From: Methanothrix sp.
GTDB lineage: Archaea > Halobacteriota > Methanosarcinia > Methanotrichales > Methanotrichaceae
Length of the DNA stretch: 24,000 nt
Assembly: GCA_963682135.1 (NCBI GenBank)
Contig: OY821645.1
Span: 1,894,401-1,918,400 of the forward strand
Reading direction: 5' to 3'
The translations under genes and the position numbers were made by a program. Shown here in pieces: positions 23,853 through 24,000 of this stretch. The notes beneath the pieces were generated by a model, which was not told the DNA's origin, searched no databases, and saw only the letters and a program-made list of their open reading frames with translations. The stretch's first letter is position 1. Each line of letters starts with the position of its first letter.

Positions 23853-24000
23853 TCGGACCCACCCGTATCCTCTGACCCATCATCATCTTTGTAGCTATCA
23901 TCGCCGAGCATTGCCGCGGAAATGGCATCAATTCCATCCATAAGCTCTGCCGTCATGCAGTAAGGTATCTCGCCAATCTCAGGAATGCTCTCTCCGCCTA
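23849..24000 (-). CDS. 3' end of an unidentified gene running off the window (acidic C-terminal tail)
   Basis: The minus-strand frame is open from the window edge: ..SIPEIGEIPYCMTAELMDGIDAISAAMLGDDSYKDDDGSEDTGGSD*, with its stop at 23849-23851. It is convergent with map. No family recognised from this fragment. Confidence 0.3.
   Translation of the reverse strand, partial: GGESIPEIGEIPYCMTAELMDGIDAISAAMLGDDSYKDDDGSEDTGGSD

Overview
This looks like a chromosomal segment of a methanogenic or methanotrophic euryarchaeon, probably Methanosarcinales or ANME-like. The evidence is a set of archaeal and methanogen marker genes: coenzyme F430 biosynthesis genes cfbA-cfbE-cfbD, a homoaconitase small subunit (hacB, YLRT loop) with an isopropylmalate/homoisocitrate dehydrogenase (coenzyme B 2-oxoacid elongation), iron-sulfur flavoprotein Isf, an AfpA-like archaeoflavoprotein, Sec61-gamma/SecE, ribosomal protein L40e, GGGP synthase and an archaeal type-2 methionine aminopeptidase. 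Most of the window is gene-dense housekeeping DNA at roughly 50-65% GC. Accessory material is concentrated in two places. (1) At 3.2-4.5 kb a sensor-less histidine kinase core sits next to a frameshifted IS701-like transposase relic. (2) At 12.3-17.5 kb there is a two-gene surface module: a sequon-rich beta-helix protein and an 8-TM membrane protein. Its GC falls to about 25-35%, and it is followed by an apparently intact IS1634/IS4-type element with imperfect 24-bp inverted repeats and a possible 6-bp target duplication. The observations most worth follow-up are: a 152-nt tRNA-Ser(CGA) gene that only folds as a tRNA if two non-canonical introns (D-loop and T-loop, each with a bulge-helix-bulge fold) are removed; an unrecognisable Cys-rich 275-aa gene translationally coupled between hacB and the dehydrogenase; the low-GC surface island; a secreted papain-like (C1) protease with SdrD-B-like and PKD domains; and a dodecin-like ORF with no in-frame canonical start codon. 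I saw no CRISPR array, rRNA or recognisable defence system. All calls rest on reading the translated ORFs and the sequence by eye, with no database search.
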